Assembly: GCA_004022145.1 (NCBI GenBank)
Contig: RCNU01000001.1
Source of the DNA: Paecilomyces variotii
Taxonomy: Eukaryota
DNA length: 64,000 nucleotides
Direction: 5' to 3' (one strand)
Below the pieces are notes generated by a model. It saw only the letters and a program-made list of their open reading frames with translations. It made no database searches and was not told where the DNA came from. The first letter of the stretch is position 1; the number at the start of each line of letters is the position of its first letter. This document shows, piece after piece, positions 1-12,275 of this stretch. The translations under genes were made by a program, and so were the position numbers.

Positions 1-571
1 AAAAGCGGATATCTCGAAAGAGATTATCCAAAAGTGAACCGCCTTCTCTCGGTTAAGACACCAAACATGTCAGCTCCGTGCCAGTGGTGACCAGGAATTC
101 GGTATATGGACACTGATATTGTTAGAATGAGAATGCCCTCGAAAGCTAGTCTATCTCTCGGTTCGATGGAAGAGACCTTGGGACGGTACGAGATGCGATG
201 CCATCATGCATGAGATGTTGACCCGTGTCGGCCAGTGGATGGCTGCTGTGAGCAAGGAAATTATTTAATTTTAATGAAGAATAAAATGTATGAGATCTTT
301 GATGACTCGTCCCCTGTTTCATGCCTAAAGGATCGCTTGAAGTTGTACTATTCCTCAGATTTTCCAGAAGAGCATGCCATCATGCATGTAAAGACGAGCA
401 TTTTCTGAGTCCGTCTCACCCTTTGTATTTGTTATCGAGATGGTGGTTAGTTAGTTATTTGCCTTCCTGACTAATTGACACGCGAAATCCACTTCGATCG
501 CCCTATACAATGGAGGAACGACCAAACCGTCCCATACGGGAGCCACATAGCCATCACGTCCACCATGGTCT

Positions 572-1898
572 TCACCCAAATCTTTGCTTTGCTAATGCCT
601 TGAGCCAGCCCATCGTCTCTTCTTCTTTTTGCCGATATCTCTGCAGTCGTTCCTCCCGCTCTGCTGCACGCGCCCGCATCATTTCCTCTCTTCGTAATTC
701 CCGCTCGTTCTTTTTCCGCTGCTCCCTCTCTCGTTCTTTCTTCAATATATCGAGATCATTGTCCCCTCCCATGAGCTCAGCTTCTGGAGCGGCCTCCATG
801 GGTGACCCGCCCCTAACTGTCCGAGCAAACTCCCGGTTTGCAGCTGCAGCTTCCCGCCGTTTCTCCATGCGCCGTTCATGGGTGCCGGGTTCGGCACGAG
901 GAGCGACTTCATCGTTTATATGTCGCATCTCGGCTTTATGAGAACGGATCTCGGCACGGTGTTGCTTCTGCCGGTCTTCGCGAGCAGCGATTGCGTCCGC
1001 GATTGCAGTCGCTAGTGATGATCATTAGCAATCCATATCCTTTTCCCCCTTCGATGACCGACGTAGGCTCACCTCTCCTGATCTCTAAATCTTGTGTATT
1101 CGGGATCGTTGGACCAGGCCTTGCTCCGGTCATGCGGTCTTCTGATACCACTGACATGCCCGGGTGCGGAAGTTTAGGACCATAATCCTCATCTTCGTCT
1201 TCGTCTTCTTCCCTTTCATCTCTAGTATGCCGTGGTCTTCCGTCCTGACTCGCTCCATCGTAGTCTGGCGATGTTCGTCTCCAACCTGCGTTATCGCGCG
1301 ACGGAAGCGGTTCCTCTGCAGCGCTGCGGCGCGCTTTCTCGAGCGTGACAGGATCATACCATCCTTCAGCAAGTTCTCCACGGTTCCTAATATGTTAGCC
1401 TTTTTTAGCCTTTCCTCTCCCTCCTCATACCATCGTGGAGATATATATAGCGACACCCGAGTTAAGCGTCATCGATACGATGTAAAAGCCAGACCATCCA
1501 CACTCCGGAACTTACCATTTCCCAATAAAGCTCTTCCACCTTCCTTTCACTTCTTCATCGCTCAAATCTTCCATTATAATCCCCTTCTGTATATCAAGAT
1601 ACATCGCAAACATTGGTTCGAAGAGAGGCAAATCGCGCTTCGAGAGCTGTCGCGCTCCGAACGGTAACTCGACCGGCGCTGCTTCGCGACGAGCCTTTTC
1701 TGAGTGCCGATCATGTCTGTGACGGTGATGTGAATGATGATGATGATGATGATGATGTCTGCTTCGTCTGCTACTCTGTTCTGGAGAGCGGGAGCGCGAG
1801 GCGTGGTGGTGCTGATGACGGTGATGGCGCGAGTCTGGGGATGCAGATCGGGTCACAGAGCGATGGGAGTAGGAGTCGGAGCGCTCGCGATAGGACAT
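572..1898 (-). CDS. Conserved fungal hypothetical protein, Arg/Ser/His-rich N-terminus, probably nuclear and RNA-processing related; 3 exons
   Basis: ATG at 1898. Introns 1387-1515 (GTAAG..GCTAAC..TAG) and 1012-1072 (GTGAG..TAG) join ORFs 1512-2006, 936-1157 and 572-928 in frame, creating FIGKW|NRGELAEGWYDP. Poly-His tract; ends LAKQRFG. Confidence 0.8.
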
Positions 1899-2409
1899 TA
1901 TTTCGCTCCTTTTTGGGTTTCGTTGGGGTGGGATCAAATTGCTTTTGTGCAAGAGATAATCTAACTGGAATTCGTAGCTATGGAATCTGGATGATGATGA
2001 TGCCAAGCTTTCCGCCCCGAAGGTCTGGTTCCCCGCTTACTCCAAAGGGAAGATGAGGTTTTAACTATGTACCTGCATTGATCCAAAAACTAGGGTTTCA
2101 ACGATCCAATTGTTCATGAATCTACATAAGCTATGACATTCCTTACTTGAAGCTCTTACTGGAATGGAGAGTAACAGATGATTTCTTGACGTGTCGTAAC
2201 AGATTGAAATAAACCTAGGTACCAGGTACTCATACATACAATATCATTGAACAGCCGCTGCACATCAAAGCAAGTAAGGACAGCTACGCAAATATGCGCA
2301 GCATCGACGAATAGACAAAATCCTCGGTCCCATGTATCTTTTATAGCGGAAAAACGAAACTGCGTAAGAAGGCCCAACTCGTGCTTCAAATGACATATAA
2401 TGTTTACCT

Positions 2410-3777
2410 TCAGCTGGGAGGCGCACTCTGCTGTTGGCTGCTTGCATTGCTAGAGTCTGCCCCAGCAGCATTAGGAGACGACTGGGGAACACTTTTCGAC
2501 TTGTTGGCAGCAGCCATCTGCCAGGCAGGAATCGAAGCCGATCGACCAAGCTGGGAAAGAGGGCTGCTGGAGTTTTCACGGGGCGCTGGACTGACCGCAG
2601 CTGGCAACGAACTTGAAGCAGAATCCTGGGGCCCTGGAGCGACACCGTTCGTGGCCGTGGAAGAACCAGTTGACTGCTCTGTGAGGGACACTGCTGGGAG
2701 AGATACGCTTGGGAGAGTTGATCCTACCGTGCGTCCGGAGAGAGGGGCGGCTGATCCACTACCGGCACCGGCACTGAGTCTGTTTCCTACAAGAACCTTC
2801 AGACTTCTAAGTTCTGTCCCAAGCTCTCTGAGTCGACTCTCATTTCCTTCCCTGGCCCCCTCGAGCGCCTTAGGAATGGCATCTTTCAGAGATCTGACTT
2901 CGTCACTGATCCGGCGTGTCTCCTCATCCCTTCTACGAGTCGACGTCTTCAATTCTGAGACCACACTTTCAACCTCCCGAAGGGCTGCATCCAGTCGCTC
3001 TGTGCGTACTTCTTCTGCGGATTTCAGACTGGCGGTATCCGTAGACAGTTGCTCAATAAGAGCAAATGCTCGCGAAAACTGTTCGTCAATACTCTCTTTG
3101 TCCTGCTGAAGCTGCGGTGGTGGCGGAGGCGCAATGAGAGGAGCAATATAACGCTTTGGTAGAAGCATTAGTTTGTTTCTGGTGGGATAGCAGGAACCCG
3201 ACAACTTACCTTCGCAACGAAGTACAGCCCATAGCCCACGCCACCCATCACTGTCGCCATTATAAACCAGTCACGCCAGTCTCTCCTGGGAACTCTAGTT
3301 ATCAAGTGGTCAATAGAGGTCCTATCATCCTACAACATGTCCAACAACTGCGGAACTTACTCCGGTGGCGGAGGCTGCCACTGACCATACGGAGGATAGC
3401 CATATCCTTGAGGCGGAGGTCGATAGACAGCTTGTGAAGGAGCATATCCTTGAGAGGTGGATGCTGGGGCAACAGCAGAAGCGGTGTCTTCGCCAGCTCG
3501 GGCCAAGGCCAAGTCAATCTCCTCTTGAGTCAAGTTCTTTGACTGCAAAAATGCGATCCGCTTCTCAAGAGGTGATGACGCCACAGATGGATCCTGAAGA
3601 ACTGTATGGCTGTTAAGAGAACAATCACGACAATTTCAATTGAACAGAGGGAAGCGCGTGCCACGTACAGGTAACCTAGCAGCAGCAAGTAGCGTTAGCT
3701 CCACGGTCGATGCAGTTGGGGTTGGTATATGCTTATCGGATACATACAGCTGAGGAGACAAGCTCCTCACGAGCCAT
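2410..3777 (-). CDS. PEX14: Peroxisomal docking protein Pex14; 5 exons including a 7-nt microexon
   Basis: Exons 3748-3777, 3669-3675, 3361-3601, 3210-3294 and 2410-3153 give MAREELVSSAVTFLQDPSVASSPLEKRIAFLQSKNLTQEEI (Pex14 N-terminal domain), then RDWRDWF, a hydrophobic stretch, a coiled coil and a C-terminal IPAWQ. Confidence 0.95.
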
Positions 3778-4248
3778 GATGGATGACTTGCGCCTTCACC
3801 GGATCAAACACTTGAGCACCTAACGACGCATCCAGAAAGCTCTGGTCGATATCCAGAGACGAGGCGAGGAGATACCAGAGGCGATCGAAGACGGGACTTG
3901 GAGAGATCGCGCGGAGCTGCCGGTTGGAGGCTCCGCTCACCTTCCCTTTTCGCTTTTACCTCGGGAACTTCCCCACAGTCTCGTGATGCGGGATCATGTT
4001 TCTCCGTCGCCGGTACCGCCTTCCTTTCCTGGCTGCTTCAGAACTCTCCTTTTGTTTACTTTCTGCGTTGGCGCATCGAGATTCGAGACCGAGAAAACTC
4101 CCCCGCCATTACCCCAGGAACCCCCATCGCTGGCGCCCTTGGAATCTTTTTTTTGGTACAGGGAAATTACATCGATACTGCGACCGGATCGCGACTTCTC
4201 TTTCTGGTTCTTGCCTTGTCAGCCGCACGTCGCGGCGTTGCTGTCACC

Positions 4249-6540
4249 ATGTCGCAGGACACCGGTTTGTTCAGCATTCGGCGCCCTCGAGAGGTATGAG
4301 AATATGAATTCCTGATCTTGATTATGTGAGATGTGGAAGCAGAGGTTAACTGTATGCTGACGCAGTCAACGGCGCAGACTCTTGGGAGCGTCCAGAATTT
4401 CTCAGCCATTCCTCAGCCCGCCTCCGCGCTGAAACGAACCAGTTCAATTGGTTTCCAGAATCCTCCGTATACCGGTCAACACGGTCGCGCGTCGATGCTC
4501 GGTTCTATGGGTCGTCCGCAACAGCCCAATTTCCAGCGCTCGTCATCGGGGGGGAGCTTTGGTGCGGATATGGGCTTGTCGACTGTACGGCGGTCTATTT
4601 CAGCGAATATGTTCCAAACCGCGAGCGTCGGTCGTCCAAGCTATGCTCTCGGATCACTGCCTCTAAATTCAGCTCAGAATCTGCAACGAAGAAGCAGTGT
4701 GTTCTCGCGGCCCTCCACGGCTGCCCCGATGAGCCATCAATCTTTCTTCACACAAGCGCCTGCGCCAGCTGGTGTGCCACGAGACCCTCGTCCTCTGCGG
4801 GATCGAGCTTTCCAGGCCAGGATCGGTCAGGAGATCTTAGAATACCTGACACATAACAACTTCGAGCTGGAGATGAAGCATTCATTGGGCCAGAACACGT
4901 TGAGGTCGCCTACGCAGAAGGACTTCAATTATATCTTTCAGTGGCTATACCACCGGATTGATCCAAGCTATAAATTTCAAAAGAGCATTGATGCGGAGGT
5001 ACCGCCGATTCTGAAGCAGCTACGATACCCATTCGAGAAAAGTATCACGAAGTCGCAACTTGCGGCAGTGGGAGGTCAAAACTGGCCTACGTTTCTTGGT
5101 TTGCTACATTGGATGATGCAGCTGGCACAGATGTTGGATAGGTTCTATATGGGTGAATACGATGATGCGTGTGCCGAAGCTGGAGTAGACGTTACCGGTG
5201 ACCGGATCATCTTCCGATTTTTGACGGGGGCGTATCACGATTGGCTCCAGGGAGGTGAAGACGAAGATGACGAGATCGCGGAGAAGCGGCTGGTACCTCA
5301 TGTCGAGGCGATGGCGGCGGAATTCGAGAAAGGAAATGAACGGTACGTGCAAGAGATGAAAGTTTTGGAGGCCGAAAACAGGGCTTTGCGGGACCAGATT
5401 GAGGAGCTGGAAAAGAACGCACCGGACATCCCCAAGCTCGATAAGCATTTCCGGATACTGGAAGACGATAAGCGAAAATTCGAGGATTACAACCAGAACG
5501 TGCAAGGCAAGATTGACAAGTACGAGAACCGGATCAAGTTCTTGGACGAGGAGATCAAGAAAACCGATGCCGACCTGCAAGCTGCAGAGGAGGAACGCTC
5601 CGGTCTTCAGGCAAGTGTTGACCGACAGGGTATCACAATCCAAGACATCGACCGCATGAATACGGAGCGGGAGAGGCTTCAGAAGAGTCTTGATGATACC
5701 CTCAGCCGTTTGGAAGAGGTGCACGCCCGGGTCATGGAGAAGGAAGCAGAAGCCAGTCAAAAGTTAGAAGACCTCGAACAGATTGTCAAGACATATAATA
5801 CCCTAGGGTACCAGACGAGTCTTATTCCAGCGTCCGCTGTTAACGCGAAAGGCGAGGACTACGAGCTTCATCTCAATGTTAACGAGAGCAATTTCTCTTC
5901 GTCTCAGCTTGGCGGATCCCAGAGTCGGACTTCCCCAGAAGGAGATCGCCTCGTTGCCGACCCGGTTACAGGCTATCATCCAGCACATCTACTTAACCTG
6001 GATCTCAGGGGCATCGTGCGGAGCAATCTGAACGCCTTGAAGAAAGAGATCAATGAGAGACGAAAACGGGCCATTGACGACGACCTGGAGCGACGTAACC
6101 TGCTCGATAACATCAAGGAAGCTATGGATGAAAAGCGAAGCGAGGTGGAGGCCCTGGAGCACCGGAGACGCGCGGCAGAGGAAGAATTCGAAAGGACCAA
6201 GGAGATCACGACAACCCAGAAGCTGGCCTCCGATGCGCAGATCGAAAAGATGGAGAAGGAACTCGCGAAGATGCGAGCGACTTTGACAGAGAGCGTTCAA
6301 CTGATGGAGCAGCGCGAGATGAACACAAACATCGAATATGAACAGCTCACGCTCCGCGCAAACGCACTCCGGGAAGAGCTCCACACCGGGATAGAGAGTA
6401 TGCTCAACGACATCATCCGGTTCAAGGTGCACGTTCAAAAGAGCTTGGAGGATTACGAGAGCTTTGTTGCAGACGAAGTCGAACAGGAATTGGGTGGCGA
6501 TGTAGAGCCCGATGACGATACCCCCATGGACGAGAGTTAA
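4249..6540 (+). CDS. NDC80: Kinetochore protein Ndc80/Hec1
   Basis: ATG 4249; intron 4294-4377, with an alternative in-frame AG at 4364-4365. Motifs [49 protein letters not shown], followed by a long coiled coil. Confidence 0.95.
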
Positions 6541-6806
6541 AGCAGTTATACTGTTACATCATGACGGCGTACATGTTAGGATGGGTAGTTATATTGTCTT
6601 TTTATTATGATTGATGATTAGCGGTCCTGTATACAGTTATTGTTTTGTCCTCTTGGTCTAAAATTGATATATCTTTTGCCTGGCGCCTCCCCGTTTGGGA
6701 AAATTCTCCGTTGGCAGAGGACCCTGGGATACTTATTATTGGAAAGATTCTGATATCCACGGTGCTGATGACGTGCGTGATTAGTTACCCACTACTGATC
6801 ACTTAC

Positions 6807-7219
6807 TTATCTTGACTGATGTGCATTTGGTGCTTTATCGATATCCCGCTGTGGCCCTCTGTGAAGTGTGAAATGCCATTCACTGCTTGGACGAATGATT
6901 TCTGCGATAATCGAATACTGAAACGTTACCCTGCCTTGATATTTATCAGGTCCAAGGACCCTACATGAGTGATACCGGGAGCACACCATTGAGAGTGCTC
7001 TCATTACTCGCCCACGTACAACAGGCGATCGTTCCCTGATCAAGAGTATTTGGCAGCAGGAGATAGCTGCTGACGTGATAAGTGGCACATTGGATAACTA
7101 ACATCGGACAGGGCCCAGCAGCGCTGATAACCAGGTCGTGGGCCTAAGCTCGCTAGATATTATTAGTATTCGAATTATCGGCAGCTTGGTTTTCAGGTAC
7201 CTGCAAATTTTTTTTATCT
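6807..7219. promoter_or_regulatory. Cluster of GATA-factor motifs
   Basis: Nine GATAA/TTATC cores (hexamers starting at 6807, 6835, 6905, 6943, 7076, 7092, 7125, 7175, 7214) plus AGATAG at 7061, within about 410 bp. Confidence 0.4.
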
Positions 7220-8125
7220 TTTTCCGATGACGAAAGGCACACCAGCGGCGGCTTTCACTATGAGGTCCTCAACAGGCTCAACAAGGAACCGGAAGCTCTG
7301 AAGCTGGAGAAGGCAGTGCGCGGATCATCAATCTAGGCCCTGCCATATCGAAGCCCAGCCCCTGTTGAGAGTGCTTGTTCAATGTTGCAAGAAAAGACTG
7401 CAACGGTTCCACCGACGATCTCTCGCTTCTATTCTCGCAAGGCTCGCATACACAACACGGATGACCGACTCGGGCTACAAGGAACAACGGTGTGGCGCCG
7501 ACGGGTTCAACACATCGATTTTATTCGCGCCGTGTTTAGTTTTGGTTCCACTCCCAAGACGGTTCGTTCTCTAGAACTTCTAGCAATGATGCTAGACTGA
7601 ATAGTCGGCTCTCCGGACATCCAAGTTCCTTTGCCGTCGGCGGACCCGGACTTGCAGCCGGCCCGTACGGAGCAAACTAGAGATTGCTCGACAAGTCGAA
7701 AAGAGATGCTGGACCGAATCCACTGGCTGAAAGAAGGATGTGCACTGATATCAACACCTGCCATGAGTTAGGCAGACACCGCCAGACAGGGCATTTCCAC
7801 GTAGATCCCTCTCCTCGGACGGGCTGTGAAGCCTGCGATGCTGATGTCTCTCGCTTTGGCCGTCGCCCTAACGACCATCTTACTCCCTTGGGCGTCACGG
7901 CGTCGATCCAGCACTGTATGACTGGCAAAGTTGACTGGGTTCTAGATACTTATGGAGCTCTTATTCTAATGGAGGCTAGCAGTTTCTGCTCGCTTTCCTA
8001 TTTACCCATCCCCCTCCCCAGCACCAAGTAGCTTCTCTTCACCACCTGCAATATCTGATTCATAATACAATATCTTCCTTGCCTCTCAGAGAAACCCGGT
8101 CACTTCCGTCTACCGTCAAACGAAG

Positions 8126-8431
8126 ATGAAGCTCGCTACTGTTTTCGGCGCTGTTGCGCTTTGCGTTACCCCGGTCTTCAGCAGTGTCCTGCTGCCCACT
8201 GGCACTGTTGGTCACAACTACACTGTCGTTGTAAGTCCAGCTTCTTGATGTTAATCACGTCGATTCGCACGCTGACCAGCTTGCAAGCCCTCTGGTGGTC
8301 CCAGCGCCGTTCCTTCGCACCTTCTCTCTACTCGCAACCTTCAGAACGAGACGCTGTCTGCTGTCCCTAAGCTCGGCAACTTCGGCTTCAAGAGGACCCC
8401 CGTTCGCCAGACCAGACGCTTCAACGCATAA
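8126..8431 (+). CDS. Small secreted protein or peptide precursor, 82 aa, 2 exons; not in the ORF track
   Basis: Exon 8126-8230 MKLATVFGAVALCVTPVFSSVLLPTGTVGHNYTVV, starting with a signal peptide. Intron 8231-8287 (GTAAGT..GCTGAC..AAG). Exon 8288-8431 PSGGPSAVPSHLLSTRNLQNETLSAVPKLGNFGFKRTPVRQTRRFNA*. Good start context (AAGATGA) and C/T-ending codon bias. Confidence 0.75.
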
Positions 8432-9194
8432 AAACACGAAAAGATGACCGATGATCGACAATGAGGTGCCCTGACAGAAAGGCTCTCTAATTCAACGAAG
8501 CCGAATTGCTTTTTCGAGCTCTCCTCAATCCTTGGACAGCACAGAAAGCCACCATCACCGTCCTCCGCTCATAGAGTCCTCACTCCGCAGCACCCGGCAC
8601 CGCGCAAGAAATCTTTTCACAGAAACAGATGTTCGCGCCGCAACTTCTTCACGTCCCTTTCATGACCTCCATAAACACTCGATGGGCCAGTTATAATGTA
8701 ACGGGGGTTGTAATCAGATTCTTTGTATATAGAAGCGAGTTTTATCGGTTGGATACATGCCCAGACAGGACGAAAGGACCGTATAGGTCCATGCCACTCA
8801 TTTAACGAATATAGACAACACTTTGAACACTTATTATTCTTTCTATTCTCCACTCCTTGTATGATCTTGTAGAGTAAATATTGTAACACTCGAGCCAATA
8901 ACAACACTGGTAGTTGAGAAATCTGTATAGAAATGCACTGCAGTCATTGGTCCATGTAAGATGACTAAGCGCGCAGTTGCCGCTCTGCTTTTCTTCTCAT
9001 CCCAAGAATTATCTTGCGGACAAAAAGCTGAAGCTGGACGGATCGTTTCCCTTGACAGTTGACAACCAACTTGTCTGTCAACTGGATTGCGAACGATGGG
9101 ATGTATATGAGTCTCCGGATATGCGCCCAGGACGTCCTTGCGAGCGAAGTCACCTTCCATACATTCTCTTCCCGCCTACCTCCGTGTCCGTGTC

Positions 9195-12100
9195 ATGAGA
9201 GCGTGCCTTCGCGCGGGCCGTCCGATACATCTGGGCCGCAAGTCTGTCCTCGCTCGTCCTTATGATCTCTCGAGTCGTTCGGTCCACCCGGTATCGCACT
9301 TCGTGAGTACGAGTCGGGGTCGTCAACAGGCGCAATGGAATCCCCAGAGAGATGGCTCCGGACTCCAAACGACCCTCTTACGATTGCGTGAAGATGTCCT
9401 GGATAAGCAACCGGTTTGCCCAGTGCCTACGTCGGAGCGCAGAGATCCGAATGCCTGGATCAGATATCTCGATCATTTCCTACCCGCGGAACTACGGGGA
9501 AATACAACAGACGATGCTGGACCGGCGGAGAGCAGTCTTGCTCAACAGGATATCCATGAGCAAAGTCAGGCCATAGCTACTCTCTTGTTTCAAGCAAGGA
9601 AGCTAAACAATTTGGATCTCCTTACGCATCTTGGGTTCAAACTTGGCAGGTGGCAGGCCGTCCATGCGCTCGTTAACCAGCTCCTTGACTCGACGGAATC
9701 ACTAGAGGCCCTGTCGATTCAGTCGCGTCTACCTTCCAATATCGACTGGGGATCCGAGACGTCATTGGATCAACTCACCAGCGACTTCCTCGAATTTAAG
9801 CCCGCTGAAATCCGCATCAAGCGAGAAAGCCTCAATGCGGCTGTCTCGGAAACGGATTTGGATAAGACGACGGAACGGCCATTGGCCCAGGAGCTATCGC
9901 GGTTATTGAAGCGGGAACTGTGGCAGAGTTTGGGATCTATTATTCTCGAGGCTGCAGATGTGTCTCCTGAGCAGTCTAATGTCGCCATGCAATACGTCTA
10001 CCAGGTCCTTGCTCGTCTTCACCATTCCGGTTCAATACCTGATGCGGTCTATAAGTATAAGGCCCAGAGTGATGAGGATGCATTGTTCCGCCCGCCTGGA
10101 ATGCATCTCCTCTCCACACATATCATGAACGTTCTGTCTGATACTGTGTGGAGGGTGCAGGAAGCAGAGATATCCGCGAAAGCGGCTGCGGTAGGACAGA
10201 AGTCGCCTTTTCTTCCTTTCAATATGGGAATTCGGCAATTAGGGTCCGAGATCTGGTTGGAGTTCATTCTGTGGTGCTGCGTGGAGGAAGGCTACGTGAA
10301 AGAGGGAACATGGATTGTGCAACAGATGAAAGCCCGTGAGGGTGATCTTGCTTGGAAAGTCGACAGCTGGAAACCTCTTCTTGCTCATCCACGCTCGGTA
10401 GCAGATACAAATATCGATGTGGAGGATTTCTGGCACCGTCCGGGGGACACGCCGACCAGCCGGTCAGCTAAGAGTAAGAGAGGGTTGTTTCTAGGCCTGG
10501 GAAAGCGAACAATCAGTGCAGAGGTTATCGAATCCTTGATGGACGGCGCTGCGAACCTAGTCTATCGTGGACTAGGCTACCGCGGGTATTCCCCAGGTAG
10601 CATTCTGCAAAATCTGAATTTCCTCCAGTCCATGCTTCTACGTTCCCCCAAAGGAGCTCTGAGGCCTCCGTCGAGAGTGTCAAACTGGTCGGTAACGAGG
10701 ATGATCGAGTCCCGTGCTATCGATCCACAGGCTGATCCGCAGGCTCTCGAGCGATTACTACGAGCACAGTCTCATATCGTGCCGCCTTGGGATTCTAATA
10801 CTCCCACTGCTGAAGAGGACCTGGAATTGTTGGAAAAGCCGCAGTTATACGATGACTCGGCCGCTCTGATCGGTTTGGTCGAGTATAACCTCAGGTCTTA
10901 TGCGGAATATCGTCATGCTGGAGCTGCTTTCGACATGTTTACTTGGTTACAGGAACTCGTTGATTCAAGTAAGCTGCAACATATACAAGGCTTCCTCGAC
11001 GAGATCCGGCAGCTCGACAATGGCAACGCATTTCTCAGCCAACGGAAGTACCCCTCAATCAATCCGGGAGGCTCCTCAGTTCCGCAGTTGTCCTTGGTGA
11101 CCTTGGCGCATGTCCTCGACCTGGCAACTACTTCCCGCGCCTTCAGTCTTGGGGAATGGTTGCTCTTTTCTACTGATGTCGATGGCCCAGCCATCCCTCT
11201 CGGGTCCTTTGGCGATGAGGCTTTGGCGCCTTCGATATTACGATTCGCGGCAGCTACAAGGAATACAGAGCTCTGCAACCAGGTTGTCAAATCACTGACT
11301 CAACCTGTTTCGCGTAATACTCTCAAAGCTCTCCTCAGTTTCCGGATTACAATGGGAGAATGGGATCGAGTAGTCACAATGTTTGAGTATCTTCGGGACC
11401 ACAAAGCGAAGGCTTGGGGTGAGAGTAATATCACTGCTCTCGCGGCTATCGTTCTCAGATTGGATCGTGCAGCCAAACACAAGGGCGGACCATCTCCCAG
11501 CGACGATAAGACCAGCTCACTTTTCCGAGCAAAGGATATCCTACGAAGAGTCCTTAGTGGTGAATTCAATGTCCCGCCTAATCCGCAAAGGCGATCTGGA
11601 TATCAAGAAAGGGCCTTGTACAGACACTACCAGATCTTCATGAGTCTTCCAGGCCCACTTCGGGAAGTCGCGGAGAAGGCAGAACTCAAGTACAAACCAT
11701 CAGGCAGTCGACATATACTACCTTACGTCCCGTCTGTAGCCTTCCATAATCTACTTACGGCGGTCGTAGATATTTACGGCAGCGCCGCCGGCAAGCAGTT
11801 ATGGGAGCGATGGTGTCTCTCACCCGAGTATTCCGAGATGAGACGTCTGCAGGAGGGTGGCACTGCCCGTCTATACTCGTCCGACGAACTCGATTTCAGA
11901 AAGGGCGCGCCTGCTTTCAACCCGCTTAGGTTGGCAGAGATCCAGAGGAAGGCCGTTATCCCAAACCTAAACACAGTCCGCATCATTGCTCAGGCAGCTG
12001 TCAAGGAATATAGGCTCCAAGAATCCCAGAAGTCGACCGCAAACAATCCCACGGACGCCATCTCCTCTCCAGAGAGCGCAACTCCTGCTGAAGTGCTGGA

Positions 12101-12275
12101 CTTTTGCATCGACAAATTCCGCAGTCTGCGCCTCTACGAGAAGGAAATCGACAGAGAAGTCCAAGGCCACCTAAGCCGAAAAATGAAGGAGCCGTTATCA
12201 AAAAAGAGGAAGGCCCCCAAACATATCATCAAGAATAAAGCTAAGGACCAAAAGGCCAGAACCGTCTTCGCCTGA
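9195..12275 (+). CDS. Large (about 1026 aa) hypothetical protein, probably mitochondrial and helical-repeat/PPR-like
   Basis: Uninterrupted ORF; first ATG at 9195. Arg/Ser-rich, acid-poor N-terminus. PPR-like phrases (NTLKALL..GEWDRV..MFEYL, PSVAFHNLLTAVV, IPNLNTVRII). Confidence 0.75.
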   Translation: MRACLRAGRPIHLGRKSVLARPYDLSSRSVHPVSHFVSTSRGRQQAQWNPQRDGSGLQTTLLRLREDVLDKQPVCPVPTSERRDPNAWIRYLDHFLPAELRGNTTDDAGPAESSLAQQDIHEQSQAIATLLFQARKLNNLDLLTHLGFKLGRWQAVHALVNQLLDSTESLEALSIQSRLPSNIDWGSETSLDQLTSDFLEFKPAEIRIKRESLNAAVSETDLDKTTERPLAQELSRLLKRELWQSLGSIILEAADVSPEQSNVAMQYVYQVLARLHHSGSIPDAVYKYKAQSDEDALFRPPGMHLLSTHIMNVLSDTVWRVQEAEISAKAAAVGQKSPFLPFNMGIRQLGSEIWLEFILWCCVEEGYVKEGTWIVQQMKAREGDLAWKVDSWKPLLAHPRSVADTNIDVEDFWHRPGDTPTSRSAKSKRGLFLGLGKRTISAEVIESLMDGAANLVYRGLGYRGYSPGSILQNLNFLQSMLLRSPKGALRPPSRVSNWSVTRMIESRAIDPQADPQALERLLRAQSHIVPPWDSNTPTAEEDLELLEKPQLYDDSAALIGLVEYNLRSYAEYRHAGAAFDMFTWLQELVDSSKLQHIQGFLDEIRQLDNGNAFLSQRKYPSINPGGSSVPQLSLVTLAHVLDLATTSRAFSLGEWLLFSTDVDGPAIPLGSFGDEALAPSILRFAAATRNTELCNQVVKSLTQPVSRNTLKALLSFRITMGEWDRVVTMFEYLRDHKAKAWGESNITALAAIVLRLDRAAKHKGGPSPSDDKTSSLFRAKDILRRVLSGEFNVPPNPQRRSGYQERALYRHYQIFMSLPGPLREVAEKAELKYKPSGSRHILPYVPSVAFHNLLTAVVDIYGSAAGKQLWERWCLSPEYSEMRRLQEGGTARLYSSDELDFRKGAPAFNPLRLAEIQRKAVIPNLNTVRIIAQAAVKEYRLQESQKSTANNPTDAISSPESATPAEVLDFCIDKFRSLRLYEKEIDREVQGHLSRKMKEPLSKKRKAPKHIIKNKAKDQKARTVFA

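Noticed and set aside
1..500. Possible gene fragment at the window edge
   Set aside because: Intron-like words are present, but there is no recognisable coding frame.
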